From Syncephalis fuscata S228 (lineage: Eukaryota > Fungi > Zoopagomycota): 64,000 nucleotides of DNA. This document shows, in pieces, positions 63,327 to 64,000 of the stretch. The notes below the pieces were generated by a model. The model was not told where the DNA came from. It did not search any database and was given only the letters and a program-made list of their open reading frames with translations. Position 1 is the stretch's first letter. Every line of letters starts with the position of its first letter. Location of the stretch: the NCBI GenBank assembly GCA_025786725.1, contig JAHLTZ010000018.1, forward strand, positions 434,001-498,000. The letters run 5' to 3'. The position numbers and the translations under genes are program-made.

Positions 63327-64000
63327 CTAACATGAAAACCAATTGCACACAAGAGAGCGTACCCAAGTTTTAGCAGAGCGAGCCTTTGCAGCAGCAGTAG
63401 CGATGAGTGAGGTTTCATAATCTTTCTTTGGTAGTGGTTGATCTTGACGGTATTTCTTTAGGCCACCGTTGCATGAAACATAAATGATACTACGGTCGTT
63501 GGGGTCTTTGTCTGCTGTATAAGGCGGCGCCAAGCTGTCTTGATAGAGATATTTGCAATCGGAAAAGTAGAATTTGCCGTTTTTTAGTACAAAATACGAT
63601 CCATCACTGCCATACAGTTCATTTTTGTATCTTTTGTAATAGATGGCTTCATTGGATGTCGCAACATCGGCACGACGTGTCAAGGCGCTGCGCTGTGGAT
63701 CAACACACTGGCCCAGTCTACTACCAGGTACTTTGGCGCAAGAAAGTCCTTTGTCACACACAATATGGTTGTTATCGCAAGGATCTGCGACCGGAGCAAC
63801 ATAGACGCATTTTGATTGTTGGTGGTTCGGCACTCTCATACATTTCAAATTCTGTTGAGGTATACATGAATAGCTAACGTCATTGACTACACCACAGTCA
63901 AGGCCAGGACCAACCAACTGGTTAATATTTTGGTTAATTACTTTTGTACCAAACGTAAGGCCTGTTTGAGTAAGTGCTCCTAAGGCTATATAGGAGAAAT
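63327..64000 (-). CDS. Secreted protein, architecture A-B (5' end outside the window)
   Basis: Frame open to the edge with signal-like FSYIALGALTQTGLTFG. 8-Cys module A, ALTRR linker, module B LYGSDGSYF...FYFSDCKY...SCNGGLKKYRQDQPL. Confidence 0.88.
   Translation of the reverse strand, partial: FSYIALGALTQTGLTFGTKVINQNINQLVGPGLDCGVVNDVSYSCIPQQNLKCMRVPNHQQSKCVYVAPVADPCDNNHIVCDKGLSCAKVPGSRLGQCVDPQRSALTRRADVATSNEAIYYKRYKNELYGSDGSYFVLKNGKFYFSDCKYLYQDSLAPPYTADKDPNDRSIIYVSCNGGLKKYRQDQPLPKKDYETSLIATAAAKARSAKTWVRSLVCNWFSC

Overview
AT-rich, gene-dense eukaryotic (fungal) DNA with very short introns (about 45-75 nt). The gene families point to an early-diverging fungus, most plausibly a Zoopagomycota mycoparasite such as Syncephalis; this is an inference, not a database result. 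Housekeeping genes: biotin-dependent carboxylase alpha subunit, POT1, an ELO-family elongase with degenerate catalytic motifs, Josephin, a Set3-like PHD-SET protein, a Pex23/30-family peroxin, BRR2, a METTL21-type methyltransferase, a histidine phosphatase, a DH-PH RhoGEF-like protein, an ELMO-domain protein, an acidic PHD protein, a SWF1-like DHHC enzyme, a p31comet-like protein and an E2. Accessory content: (1) a six-member modular secreted-protein family that shuffles an 8-Cys module (A) and an aromatic YG[ST]DGSYF module (B) into A-A, A-B and B-only forms; four members share a homologous promoter cassette. (2) Two decayed Fanzor/TnpB-type RuvC-zinc-finger gene ends, missed by the ORF track, each upstream of and co-oriented with a family gene; one is followed directly by three stem-loops where an omegaRNA scaffold would lie. 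(3) The 5' end of an LTR retrotransposon with a tRNA-Arg-type primer binding site, and a stand-alone gag-like frame. (4) A secreted pseudokinase-like protein, a 7TM-like protein and an orphan secreted protein. GC-AG introns are unusually frequent. Single-base deletions in essential genes such as BRR2 indicate consensus indel errors, so a frameshift alone is not taken as evidence of a pseudogene.
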